Assembly: GCA_964634715.1 (NCBI GenBank)
Contig: CAZWLV010000001.1
Location: 1 to 63,506, forward strand
From: an uncultured Lachnoclostridium sp.
GTDB lineage: Bacteria > Bacillota > Clostridia > Lachnospirales > Lachnospiraceae
DNA length: 63,506 nt
Direction of reading: 5' to 3'
Each line of letters opens with the position of its first letter. The first letter of the stretch is position 1. This document shows, piece by piece, positions 36,930-46,632 of this stretch. The notes under the pieces are model-generated. The model was not told the DNA's origin. It ran no database searches and worked only from the letters and a program-made list of their open reading frames with translations. A program made the translations under genes and the position numbers.

Positions 36930-38465
36930 CTATTTGATTCCAAAATGTTCATCTAAGATCTGAAGCCGATCTTCGATACAACTTTTCAAATTTTCCACTG
37001 TGTCCTGACCGCCCCATGCATACCAGCCCAATACCCAAAAATCTCTTGCTGCTGCAGCACTTTCCGTTACTTTTTTTCTGTCAGTATCGATCTTTTCAAA
37101 AATATGCTCTTGTGAAAAGATTCCCTGTCTTAATTCTTTCCAGCGTTCTGCCAGACGAACGTCCAAATCCGGATATCGTTCCTTTAATGCTTCATATTCC
37201 ATACGGTATTCAATGATCTTTGAACTGTCCGGTGCATAAGAAAAACCGCTTCCATCGATCCAGTAGATCCCAAACGACATGTCCGTATCCCATGGAAGGA
37301 GACGCAGTGTCTGACTGCCGTTTTGATTTTCCACAATATAATAAATATTTTTGTAATTCAGATTATCCTTCATATTTCCAAGAAGGAGTAACAGCTGTAC
37401 ATCGATCCAGTTTTCCAGATCCAGCGTTTCAAAATCATTTTGTTCGAAAAATCCGACCATCGGCTCCAGTGCATTTGCTTCCTCTGGTGCATAGATCACT
37501 TCATAGGCTTCTTCCAGCTTTCGTCCGTCACTTGGATTTACATTCTGGCCTTTTAAAAGAATATCTTCTGAATCCAGTTTCAAATATTTCTTTTCGATCT
37601 TATTCTGTAAAAGACGGAGTCCCTCATATTTTCCGTTAATGATCACTTCACAGTATTCTCCGCCGGACATTCTCAGACTGCTGTCTTTTTCTTCTGCCAT
37701 TTCATTCCACAGATCGATCGCCAGCTTTTCCCGTACTTTCACATCATCAAACCACATTGGATTTAAAATATAATCATCATCAGATGCCAGTCCTGCCAGT
37801 GACAGATTCTGTTTTTCCCCATTTTCCTTTTTCAGGGAAAGCCTCAATGATTTCTTCTGAAAACTCATGGAACTGTAACCACGGACGTGCCACTGGATCC
37901 CGCTGTTTTTAACGATCAGCTGATGGCTGTTCTTCGTTTCCGGCTCCCAGAAATTCATCTCGCCTTCATAAATTTCCCGTTCTCTTTCGTCGATCTCTAT
38001 ACATTCCCCATGCATTTCCAGAACCGGAAGTGTCGTGAAAAATACGCCGTAAGAACTATAATTTCCGTCTTCATCGACTGCATAAAGGGAAAATTTACAT
38101 CCTTCTTCCACCGCTTTCGAAAAGGTTTCAAAACCTTCTTCCCATAAAAAATAAAGCTGATAATCCGAAAGACTGCTTTTTAACTGCCCTTCCAGCTGCT
38201 GATAAGCTGTATTTTCCTGCAGACTGCCGGAAATATACAAAGTGCGGCTCGTACTGTCATATGGCACCAAAGTCTGCTGAAGCTCCACGATATTATCTAA
38301 CGCCACTTCCTGCTTTATGAGCTGTCCCAGCTGTTCTTCCGAAATCACCGGAACTCCCATACACATCGAACGTTCCTCTCGGACTCTGAAACAGACAATC
38401 ATTAAAAACATCATTCCGCTAAGTAAGATAAGAATCTTTTTCATACTGATCTTCTTTTCTTTCAC
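36930..38465 (-). CDS. CotH-family protein, membrane-anchored (paralogue 3, divergent)
   Basis: GTG start with an AGGAG RBS. Anchor ILILLSGMMFLMIVCF. Motifs VRGYSSMSFQKKSLRLSL and LLPWDTDMSFG. Confidence 0.7.
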   Translation of the reverse strand: MKEKKISMKKILILLSGMMFLMIVCFRVREERSMCMGVPVISEEQLGQLIKQEVALDNIVELQQTLVPYDSTSRTLYISGSLQENTAYQQLEGQLKSSLSDYQLYFLWEEGFETFSKAVEEGCKFSLYAVDEDGNYSSYGVFFTTLPVLEMHGECIEIDEREREIYEGEMNFWEPETKNSHQLIVKNSGIQWHVRGYSSMSFQKKSLRLSLKKENGEKQNLSLAGLASDDDYILNPMWFDDVKVREKLAIDLWNEMAEEKDSSLRMSGGEYCEVIINGKYEGLRLLQNKIEKKYLKLDSEDILLKGQNVNPSDGRKLEEAYEVIYAPEEANALEPMVGFFEQNDFETLDLENWIDVQLLLLLGNMKDNLNYKNIYYIVENQNGSQTLRLLPWDTDMSFGIYWIDGSGFSYAPDSSKIIEYRMEYEALKERYPDLDVRLAERWKELRQGIFSQEHIFEKIDTDRKKVTESAAAARDFWVLGWYAWGGQDTVENLKSCIEDRLQILDEHFGIK

Positions 38466-38505
38466 AGGATCTCTCCTTTTTCTTTCGCATCGTATGCTGA
38501 GAATT

Positions 38506-40095
38506 TTACTGCTGGTTCATAAAGGTTTCCAGATCATAGATGGCACTGTCCAGATATTCCATACGTTTTCTGGCAAAATTCAAAACGATCCCTGCATCGT
38601 CTGCCTGTGCACTGTCCGGCCAGCGTGTCCGTTCTCTTTCATAAGCACCGGAATCTCTGATGATATGGTCAATGCTTTGGATCCTTTCTTCTAACTGTTC
38701 GTCAGAAAGAAGGGTCTCCCGAAATTGGGCATAAAGCTGCTGCACCTTTTCCACTGCATGATCGATATCGGAACGTATGAGAACATCTCCCATTTCCCAG
38801 TAAAAATACCGTGTCAGCAGTGACTCATCATATGCCGTATACCACGTTTTTTCATTTCCATCCGAACGGTTTCCCCATGTCAGATCCAGATCCCATGGTG
38901 CAAATGTAAAATCATATCCATCGGAAGATTTTCTCGCTACATAAAAGACATTTTTCTTCTGCTGGTCAAAGCCTGCCGTAACCTGAATATAAAGCCACAA
39001 TCTGAGTGCATTCTCGATATCAATCTGTTCACTGACCTTCTTTGTATCTGAAAGTGTCTGCAAAGAAACAAATTCAGCCATCGGACTCCATGCATTTTCA
39101 TCCATTTTTCCTTCTTTGATCTCAAATCCAAGCACATGCTCTTTGGGATCTTCTGCCTGCAAAAATGCTTCTTCTGTCAGTTCAAACGGATCTTCTCTTT
39201 TGTACAGGTAATCTTCCTCTGCCAGATTCAGCTGCTTTGCATCGATGGGTTCTTTCAGACCATACATTCCATAATAAGCTCCGTCTACCAGAAGCTCTAC
39301 GTATGTCATTCTGCTGTTATATGTGCTTCCCGTAAAAATTTCTTTGGAACCAAATTCATCCCACAGTTCCAGACTGAGTTTTTCCCGAAGTCTGGATTCA
39401 TCATTATAAATGGCATATAAGATCCAGTCATCATCTTTTCGCATTCCAAAAAGGGAAAGTTTATTTTTTTCTCTGGTTCCATCAGATGCTTCTTTTTTCA
39501 GGTTCAGTTTATATCCTTTTTTCGGATACAGCGTACTTGTATTTCCTCTGACATGCCCTTCATAAAGAGAGGTCTGGATTCCCTGTGATACAAAATCCGT
39601 ATCATAAAAAACGGCATTTCCTGCAATTTCTTTTTGTCCTTCGATCCCTTCTGCCGTAGTCAGGGTAATGACCGGAAGACCGGTAAAGATCAGATGATAT
39701 GTTGAAAACTCTGTTTCATCATAAATGAGAAATTTAATATCCCAGCCTTCTTTGATCACCTGTTTTTTATCATATTCCGTAAAATCTTCCGTAAAAAGGA
39801 TCTGATACTCTGTATCTTCACAGGAAAATTCCATTTTTTCCCATGCATCATCTTCCATATCCAGAGGTACATAAAATGTTTTTTCTACCTCATCCTTTGC
39901 AAGCAGGATCCCATTACAGAAAAAATCTCCAAATTCCAGACGTTCCACTCTGGTCTTTCCATTCCAGATTTCTTCTGTTTTGTCTGCCGAAACCGTATTA
40001 AAAACGGAAAACTGTTCTTTTTGAAATCCGTTTACGAAAAAAAGAACCAGAAGGAGCAGTAAAATACTCCCCCCTGCAATACACTTTTTGTACAT
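38506..40095 (-). CDS. CotH-family protein, membrane-anchored (paralogue 2)
   Basis: Start at ATG 40095 (AAGGAG RBS). Anchor GGSILLLLLVLFFV. Motifs VRGNTSTLYPKKGYKLNL and FAPWDLDLTWGN. Collinear with 10917-12518 over the full length. Confidence 0.8.
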   Translation of the reverse strand: MYKKCIAGGSILLLLLVLFFVNGFQKEQFSVFNTVSADKTEEIWNGKTRVERLEFGDFFCNGILLAKDEVEKTFYVPLDMEDDAWEKMEFSCEDTEYQILFTEDFTEYDKKQVIKEGWDIKFLIYDETEFSTYHLIFTGLPVITLTTAEGIEGQKEIAGNAVFYDTDFVSQGIQTSLYEGHVRGNTSTLYPKKGYKLNLKKEASDGTREKNKLSLFGMRKDDDWILYAIYNDESRLREKLSLELWDEFGSKEIFTGSTYNSRMTYVELLVDGAYYGMYGLKEPIDAKQLNLAEEDYLYKREDPFELTEEAFLQAEDPKEHVLGFEIKEGKMDENAWSPMAEFVSLQTLSDTKKVSEQIDIENALRLWLYIQVTAGFDQQKKNVFYVARKSSDGYDFTFAPWDLDLTWGNRSDGNEKTWYTAYDESLLTRYFYWEMGDVLIRSDIDHAVEKVQQLYAQFRETLLSDEQLEERIQSIDHIIRDSGAYERERTRWPDSAQADDAGIVLNFARKRMEYLDSAIYDLETFMNQQ

Positions 40096-40160
40096 AATTA
40101 CTCCTTTAAGGAAAATGCTGCGATCTACAGGTACCTTTGATACGATCACAGAAAACGATC

Positions 40161-41753
40161 TTAAAAAATTTCCAGCAGATAAACCTGCCATGCTTCATCA
40201 CTCTGCAATGGCTCTTCCATAGAAAGAGTACTTTCCGGAAACAGTTCTTTGATGAAGGCTCCGGCTTCTTCCTGATCTACATCATAGGAAATGTACAGTA
40301 AAATATGGTCTTCATTTTCCAGACATTCCATATCTTCTCTCACTTCGGAAGCATCTGTCAGGCTTTTTACATTATAAAATCCCTGATAATTCTTTAATAC
40401 CTGAACTGCATCAAAATAATCATACATATCCGTTTCTTCTCCCAGATATAATGCATAACAATCCTGATACTGTTCTGCAATTTCTAATCTCTGCGTCACT
40501 GCCGTATCTTTTGCATACGTATATGGAATCGAAGAATGTGCCATATGAATGACCGAAAGTCCTCCAAATCCCACCATACATAAAATGACTGCTGTTTTTT
40601 CAGAGATCCATTGTCTGAAAAACATCATCATCCAGCCGATGACTGCCAGATAGACCAGCGGATAAATCGGCATCAGATAACGGTCAATCTGATACGGTGC
40701 GATCTTTGTAACGATCAGAAAGTATCCGGCACTCGCAAACAGCAGGACTCCTGTTTTCCTGATCCACTGTTTTTCCGGATATTTTTTCCGAAAGATCCCA
40801 AATACTGCCAAAATGATCAATGCTGCCAAAACAAGGATTCCAAGACCTGTAAAAAGCTGTGAATCCAAAATTTCCCACATGGTCTTTAATTTTCCCAGAT
40901 AATCCGCAGAATTGCTGAAATTTTCTCTCGCTTCTGCTCCCCTGCTGGTACCAAAGATATGTTTTAACATCGATGGATAAAGTGCAATGCTTGCTGCCGC
41001 ACTGATCACAAACACCAAAACAAACTGAATCGTTTTTTTATAATCTTTTTGTCTTAAAAAGCGGATTCCATACCACAGGGCAAAAAAGAATGCAATGATC
41101 ACAAAATAGTATTGTGTCAGTACACCGGCCGTCAGTGTCAGCCCTAAGAAAACATATCCCTTCAAAGGAATCTGATCCTGCTCCATATATTTCAGATAAA
41201 CCAGTGCATGGAGCAGCACCAGCAACGTCATAAGCATATACATCCGCACAAAAACGACTGTATTTTGACCTGCAAAGCTGATCCCAAAAAGAAATGCCGC
41301 TAAAAGTCCGCATTCCCTGCTTTGAAAAAGTTCTTTTCCAAGTGCATACAAAACGACCGTACACATCAGGAAAAAAAGAAGATTAAATGCAATTCCTGTT
41401 CCATAGGAAAATTGATCCGGAACCAGAGAGCTTGCCGTATGCAAAAAAAGATAAAATAACGGCGGATGTACGTCCTGATCCTGATTATGATAAGGAATCG
41501 CATACTCAAACCGATGTTCCGGCTGTGCTGACACATAATCCACATACCAGGTTTCATCCAGCCATCTGTTTTTTGGAACTTCTCCGATATAATCCGGATT
41601 ATTTGCAGAAACATAACTAAAAAGCTCATCCGGTGCCAGATAATTTTTTTGTCCTGTCCAGAACAAAGCCAGGCCAAGCTGTATCAGGCAGATGAAGATC
41701 AGCAGGAAAAGATCTCTTTTTCCCTTTGTCAGACTGCTCATTTTCTTACTCAT
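40161..41753 (-). CDS. GT-C fold membrane glycosyltransferase (GT39/ArnT/PMT-like)
   Basis: 530 aa with more than 10 predicted TM helices. An acidic motif in the first loop (APDELFSY) and HPPLFYLFLH. The soluble C-terminal domain is about 130 aa. Confidence 0.65.
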   Translation of the reverse strand: MSKKMSSLTKGKRDLFLLIFICLIQLGLALFWTGQKNYLAPDELFSYVSANNPDYIGEVPKNRWLDETWYVDYVSAQPEHRFEYAIPYHNQDQDVHPPLFYLFLHTASSLVPDQFSYGTGIAFNLLFFLMCTVVLYALGKELFQSRECGLLAAFLFGISFAGQNTVVFVRMYMLMTLLVLLHALVYLKYMEQDQIPLKGYVFLGLTLTAGVLTQYYFVIIAFFFALWYGIRFLRQKDYKKTIQFVLVFVISAAASIALYPSMLKHIFGTSRGAEARENFSNSADYLGKLKTMWEILDSQLFTGLGILVLAALIILAVFGIFRKKYPEKQWIRKTGVLLFASAGYFLIVTKIAPYQIDRYLMPIYPLVYLAVIGWMMMFFRQWISEKTAVILCMVGFGGLSVIHMAHSSIPYTYAKDTAVTQRLEIAEQYQDCYALYLGEETDMYDYFDAVQVLKNYQGFYNVKSLTDASEVREDMECLENEDHILLYISYDVDQEEAGAFIKELFPESTLSMEEPLQSDEAWQVYLLEIF

Positions 41754-42952
41754 TCTACATTTTCTCCAAAAGTATCCGGTCTTGCCGGATCAAAAGCTTC
41801 ATTTGCCCACATAACCGTTACGAGATTTTCTGTTTCTGATAAATTGATAATATTATGGGTATATCCCGGCAGCATATGAACCGCCTGGATCTTTTCTCCG
41901 GATACTTCAAACTCCATGATCTCATCAGAACCGATCTTCCGTTCCTGAATCAGCCCATGACCTGCTACGACCATGAAAAATTCCCATTTACTGTTATGCC
42001 AGTGCTGCCCTTTTGTGATGCCCGGCTTGCTGATATTGACAGAAACCTGACCATGGGAAGCCGTTTTTAAAAGTTCCGTAAAAGATCCTCTGTCATCACA
42101 ATTCATCTTCAGATCAAAGATCGTTTTTTCTTTCGGAAGATAAGACAGATACGTGGAATAAAGTTTTTTTGCAAAACTATCCTTTGGAATTTCCGGCATC
42201 ATCAGCGTTTCCGGCTGTGCTTTGAATTCCAAAAGAAGATCAACGATCTCTCCTAACGTCACTTTATGCGTAACCGGAACGTAACAATACGCTCCTTCTG
42301 TATGTTCCACAGGTTCCATTCCATCATAAACGCACCGATGCTCTTTTCCTTCCAGTGCATCTAACAGTTCTTCTACCAGATCATCGATATAAAGAAGCTC
42401 CAGCTCTGTCGTTCGGTCATTGACCGTAAATTCCAGATCATTGGCTACGGCATGACAAAACGTTGCTACTGCGGAATTATAATTCGGACGGCACCATTTA
42501 CCAAACAGATTTGGAAAACGATAGACTAACACCTTTGCTCCCGTTTCTTTTGAATACTGAAAGAACAGTTCTTCTCCTGCAAGTTTGGATCTTCCATACT
42601 CGGAATCTCCAAAACGTCCCATCAGTGTCGCCTGAATGGAACTGCTTAACATGACCGGACAGGTATTTTGATATTTTTTCAATGTCGTTAATAAAACTTC
42701 AGAAAAGCCAAAATTTCCTTCCATAAATTCAGAAAGTTCTTTCGGACGGTTCACACCTGCCAGATGAAATACAAAATCAGCTTCTTTACAATACTCTTCC
42801 AGCAGATCCGGATCGGTATCCAGATCGTATTCATAGATTTCTTCGATCTTAAGTTCCGGACGGGTACGGTTCTTATTTTCTTTTATATTTTTCAGATTGG
42901 CTGTCAGATTTTTTCCTACAAATCCTTTTGCTCCTGTTACTAAGATCTTCAT
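41750..42952 (-). CDS. fnlB: CapF/FnlB/WbjC-type bifunctional reductase (SDR + cupin) of the UDP-L-FucNAc pathway
   Basis: MKILVTGAKGFVGKNL is the SDR N-terminus. The C-terminal cupin is KGQHWHNSKWEFFMVVAGHG. The ATG at 42952 forms an ATGA overlap with the upstream stop. Confidence 0.8.
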   Translation of the reverse strand: MKILVTGAKGFVGKNLTANLKNIKENKNRTRPELKIEEIYEYDLDTDPDLLEEYCKEADFVFHLAGVNRPKELSEFMEGNFGFSEVLLTTLKKYQNTCPVMLSSSIQATLMGRFGDSEYGRSKLAGEELFFQYSKETGAKVLVYRFPNLFGKWCRPNYNSAVATFCHAVANDLEFTVNDRTTELELLYIDDLVEELLDALEGKEHRCVYDGMEPVEHTEGAYCYVPVTHKVTLGEIVDLLLEFKAQPETLMMPEIPKDSFAKKLYSTYLSYLPKEKTIFDLKMNCDDRGSFTELLKTASHGQVSVNISKPGITKGQHWHNSKWEFFMVVAGHGLIQERKIGSDEIMEFEVSGEKIQAVHMLPGYTHNIINLSETENLVTVMWANEAFDPARPDTFGENVE

Positions 42953-44109
42953 GATTTTCTCCATACCATTTTGTTGACAACGCCTGTGTAACTCTGGATG
43001 ATCTTTACAACTTTATCCGATACATTTTCTTCTGTATAATCCGGTACCGGAATGCCAAGATCACCATTTTTGTTCATTTCCACTGCCACATCAACTGCCT
43101 GAAGCAGACTGTCCCCTTCGATCCCTGCCAAAATAAAGCATGCCTTATCCAGTGCTTCCGGACGTTCTGTCGAAGTTCTGATGCAGACAGCCGGGAACGG
43201 ATGTCCCACGGAAGTAAAAAAGGAAGATTCCTCCGGTAAGGTTCCGGAATCCGAAACAACGGCAAACGCATTCATCTGAAGGCAGTTATAATCATGAAAT
43301 CCCAAAGGTTCATGACGGATCACTCTTGGATCCAGTTCAAATCCTGACTCTTCCAGTCTTTTTCTGCTTCTTGGATGACAGGAATACAGGATCGGCATAT
43401 CGTAAGTCTCTGCCATTTTATTGATCGCCGTAAAAAGAGACGTAAAATTCTTCTCGGTATCAATATTTTCTTCACGATGTGCAGATAAAAGGATATATTT
43501 TCCTTTTTCCAATCCCAGACGCTGATGAATATCCGATGCTTCGATCTTCGAAAGATTGTTATGCAGCACTTCTGCCATCGGAGATCCTGTCACATAGGTT
43601 CTCTCTTTTGGAAGTCCGCAGTCAGCAAGATAACGTCTTGCATGCTCAGAATATGCCATATTCACATCAGAAATGATATCTACGATACGGCGGTTTGTTT
43701 CTTCCGGAAGACACTCGTCTTTGCACCGGTTTCCGGCTTCCATATGAAAGATCGGGATATGCAGTCTTTTGGCACCGATCACTGATAAACAGCTGTTGGT
43801 ATCCCCTAAGACAAGGACTGCATCCGGCCGGATCTCTGCCATCAGCTGATAAGATTTTGCAATGATATTTCCCATGGTTTCCCCAAGATCACTGCCAACG
43901 GCATTCAAATACACTTCCGGATCTTCCAGTTCCAGATCTTTAAAAAATACACCGTTTAAATTATAATCATAATTCTGACCGGTATGGGCAAGGATCGTAT
44001 CAAAATATTTTCTGCATTTTTTGATCACTGCGGAAAGACGGATGATCTCCGGTCTGGTTCCCACGATGATCAGAAGTTTTAATTTTCCGTTATTTTTAAA
44101 TGCTGCCAT
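42949..44109 (-). CDS. fnlC: UDP-N-acetylglucosamine 2-epimerase (non-hydrolysing; CapG/FnlC/WbjD-type)
   Basis: 386 aa. LIIVGTRPEIIRL, LVLGDTNS, HMEAGNR, VSDSGT. Confidence 0.85.
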   Translation of the reverse strand: MAAFKNNGKLKLLIIVGTRPEIIRLSAVIKKCRKYFDTILAHTGQNYDYNLNGVFFKDLELEDPEVYLNAVGSDLGETMGNIIAKSYQLMAEIRPDAVLVLGDTNSCLSVIGAKRLHIPIFHMEAGNRCKDECLPEETNRRIVDIISDVNMAYSEHARRYLADCGLPKERTYVTGSPMAEVLHNNLSKIEASDIHQRLGLEKGKYILLSAHREENIDTEKNFTSLFTAINKMAETYDMPILYSCHPRSRKRLEESGFELDPRVIRHEPLGFHDYNCLQMNAFAVVSDSGTLPEESSFFTSVGHPFPAVCIRTSTERPEALDKACFILAGIEGDSLLQAVDVAVEMNKNGDLGIPVPDYTEENVSDKVVKIIQSYTGVVNKMVWRKS

Positions 44110-44111
44110 AG

Positions 44112-45158
44112 TTATTTCTCCATTTTTGCCAGCTCTTCCTGAATATAGGAAAGTGCCAGCAGTTTTTCTTTTACTTCTTCAACACCGAGAAGTTTTGTAT
44201 TGTTGCTGTTAAATTCTGTCAGTGTATTACGTTTGGCATCTCCTTCACTGAAATACTGATCGTAATTCAGGCTTCTCTGATCTGCCGGTACACGGTAAAA
44301 TTGTCCCATATCTACGGCTTTGGCACACTCTTCGTTCGTCAGAAGGGTTTCGTACATTTTTTCACCGTGACGGATCCCGATGATCTTGATCTCTTCTTTC
44401 TTTCCGCCAAACAGTTCACAGACTGCTTCTGCCTGAGTCTTGATCGTACACGCCGGTGCTTTCTGTACCAGAATATCTCCGCTGTTTCCATGTTCAAACG
44501 CAAACAGCACCAGATCTACTGCTTCTTCCAGTGACATGATAAATCTCGTCATCGTTGGATCCGTGATGGTGATCGGCTGTCCATTTCTGATCTGATCGAT
44601 CCAAAGCGGGATTACAGATCCTCTGGAACACATTACATTTCCATAACGGGTACAGCAGATCTTTGTTTTTTCCGGATCTACCGTTCTTGATTTGGCAACT
44701 GCCACACGTTCTTCCAAAGCTTTTGTGATCCCCATGGCATTGACCGGATAAGCTGCTTTATCTGTCGAAAGACAGATGACGGATTTTACGCCTTCTTCAA
44801 TAGCGGCTGTCAAAACATTATCCGTCCCGATCACATTGGTCTTGACGGCTTCCATCGGGAAAAATTCACAAGACGGTACCTGTTTTAATGCTGCTGCATG
44901 GAAAATGTAGTCTACGCCATGCATCGCTGCTTTTACAGAAGAAAGTTCTCTGACATCTCCGATATAAAATTTGATCTTATGTGCCGCTTCCGGCATTTTT
45001 GCCTGAAATTCATGGCGCATATCATCCTGTTTTTTCTCATCACGGGAAAATACACGGATCTCTCCGATATCTGTCTGCAAAAATCTGTTCAGTACGGCAT
45101 TTCCAAAAGATCCTGTTCCTCCTGTGATCAATAAGGTCTTTCCTTCAAAAACTGACAT
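44112..45158 (-). CDS. fnlA: UDP-GlcNAc 4,6-dehydratase/5-epimerase (CapE/FnlA/WbjB-type)
   Basis: KTLLITGGTGSFGNAVLNRFL, FSRDEKKQ, ICLSTDKAAYPVNAMGITKA, CCTRYGNVMCSRGSVIP. Confidence 0.9.
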   Translation of the reverse strand: MSVFEGKTLLITGGTGSFGNAVLNRFLQTDIGEIRVFSRDEKKQDDMRHEFQAKMPEAAHKIKFYIGDVRELSSVKAAMHGVDYIFHAAALKQVPSCEFFPMEAVKTNVIGTDNVLTAAIEEGVKSVICLSTDKAAYPVNAMGITKALEERVAVAKSRTVDPEKTKICCTRYGNVMCSRGSVIPLWIDQIRNGQPITITDPTMTRFIMSLEEAVDLVLFAFEHGNSGDILVQKAPACTIKTQAEAVCELFGGKKEEIKIIGIRHGEKMYETLLTNEECAKAVDMGQFYRVPADQRSLNYDQYFSEGDAKRNTLTEFNSNNTKLLGVEEVKEKLLALSYIQEELAKMEK

Positions 45159-45196
45159 ATCGTTCCTCCCAACTGTTTTCTCTCTATAAAAATAAA

Positions 45197-46624
45197 TTAC
45201 TGTTTTTTTCTACAAAACCGATTTTGAAGCAGCATCCAGACTTCCATGATCACTTTTCTGTTCAGGATCACGATCGCAAGACAGAGCAATGAACTGATCA
45301 CTACCCAGTATTTCATTCCCACATAAGTGACAAAACACTGCAGCCCTATAAGAAGATAAGAAGTCAGATCTACTTTATAATTTACTTTGATCGGTAAGAT
45401 TTTTCTGGAATCTACCAGTCTCATTACCCATACTACTACATAACTGATCATCGTTGCAATGGCTGCTCCCAAAGCTCCCATGGAAGGAATGAGCAGTATA
45501 TTTAACACAATATTGCTCCCTGCTCCAACGATCGTCGTCACAAAAATCTTTTTCGTCTTTTTCGATGCAGCATAAATGATCCCTAAAAATCCGTTCAGTG
45601 CCTGAAACACAACTGCGATCAAAAGGATCATGGCATATTTCCACGCTTCATAAAATTCACCGGAAAACAGGATCTTTGCGATGATCTTGATGAACAAAAT
45701 GATCCCCGATGCTGCCATCACATACACCGATGCATATTTTTGATAAACATCGGAAAAAAATTCTTTTGATTCTTCACTTCCAAAATCATCAACTGCCGAG
45801 ATCTGCCATGCACTGGTCAGGATCGTTGACAGGATGGAAATGATCGATGGGATCTTATAGGCAATGGCATAGATCCCGATCGCTGATGCTCCAAAGAAAA
45901 ACTCCAAAATGTACCGGTCTGATGAATCACTGATCCACCAGCTGATGGAATTGGGGATCAGGGGGATACAGTATACCAGCATTTCCCGAAATACGTTCCG
46001 ATCCACTTTGGAAAACGGCACCAGATAATTCCACAGCCGTTCTTTAAAAAAGATATAGAAAAATGACGTGGCATATCCAAGGATATAAGCCAAAAGATAT
46101 CCCCGGATCCCCATCCGGAATACGAGCAGCAAAACGATATTCCAAAGGCAGGTTGCAAATGTCGTGAGGATTCCGCTCATGACAAATACATTGACATGTT
46201 CTAACCCTTTGGTAAACTGCTGTGCCGTATTGCTCAGTACCATGACCAGATAATATGCCAGAAAATAAAGCACGTATTCTTCAAACGGAACGAGCTTTTT
46301 CCATACCGGCATCGTCACTGCCAGAAGTGCAAATCCTGCACCTACGATCAGGGCACTGACGGTAAAGATCTGTTTTTTATCACTGTTTTTTTCTAATGTT
46401 AATCGTAAAATTCCTTCTGCTACTGTCAATGTCAAAAACGGAATACAGAGATTGATCGTCGTTGTGATCAGATCTGAAATCCCGTATTCACTGGTAGACA
46501 GACAGTACGTATACATTGGAAGAAGCACAAAGGTCAGGATCTTTGATGCAAAATTTCCGATGACCATCAGTGCTGTATTCATTCCTAATTTTTTATATCT
46601 GTTATGATTCATAATCACTTCCAT
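45197..46624 (-). CDS. wzx: Wzx-type oligosaccharide-repeat flippase (MOP superfamily)
   Basis: 475 aa with about 12-14 TM helices and a polysaccharide-biosynthesis-protein-type N-terminus (KKLGMNTALMVIGNFASKILTFVLLPMYT). Confidence 0.75.
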   Translation of the reverse strand: MEVIMNHNRYKKLGMNTALMVIGNFASKILTFVLLPMYTYCLSTSEYGISDLITTTINLCIPFLTLTVAEGILRLTLEKNSDKKQIFTVSALIVGAGFALLAVTMPVWKKLVPFEEYVLYFLAYYLVMVLSNTAQQFTKGLEHVNVFVMSGILTTFATCLWNIVLLLVFRMGIRGYLLAYILGYATSFFYIFFKERLWNYLVPFSKVDRNVFREMLVYCIPLIPNSISWWISDSSDRYILEFFFGASAIGIYAIAYKIPSIISILSTILTSAWQISAVDDFGSEESKEFFSDVYQKYASVYVMAASGIILFIKIIAKILFSGEFYEAWKYAMILLIAVVFQALNGFLGIIYAASKKTKKIFVTTIVGAGSNIVLNILLIPSMGALGAAIATMISYVVVWVMRLVDSRKILPIKVNYKVDLTSYLLIGLQCFVTYVGMKYWVVISSLLCLAIVILNRKVIMEVWMLLQNRFCRKKQ

Positions 46625-46632
46625 ACCATCTT

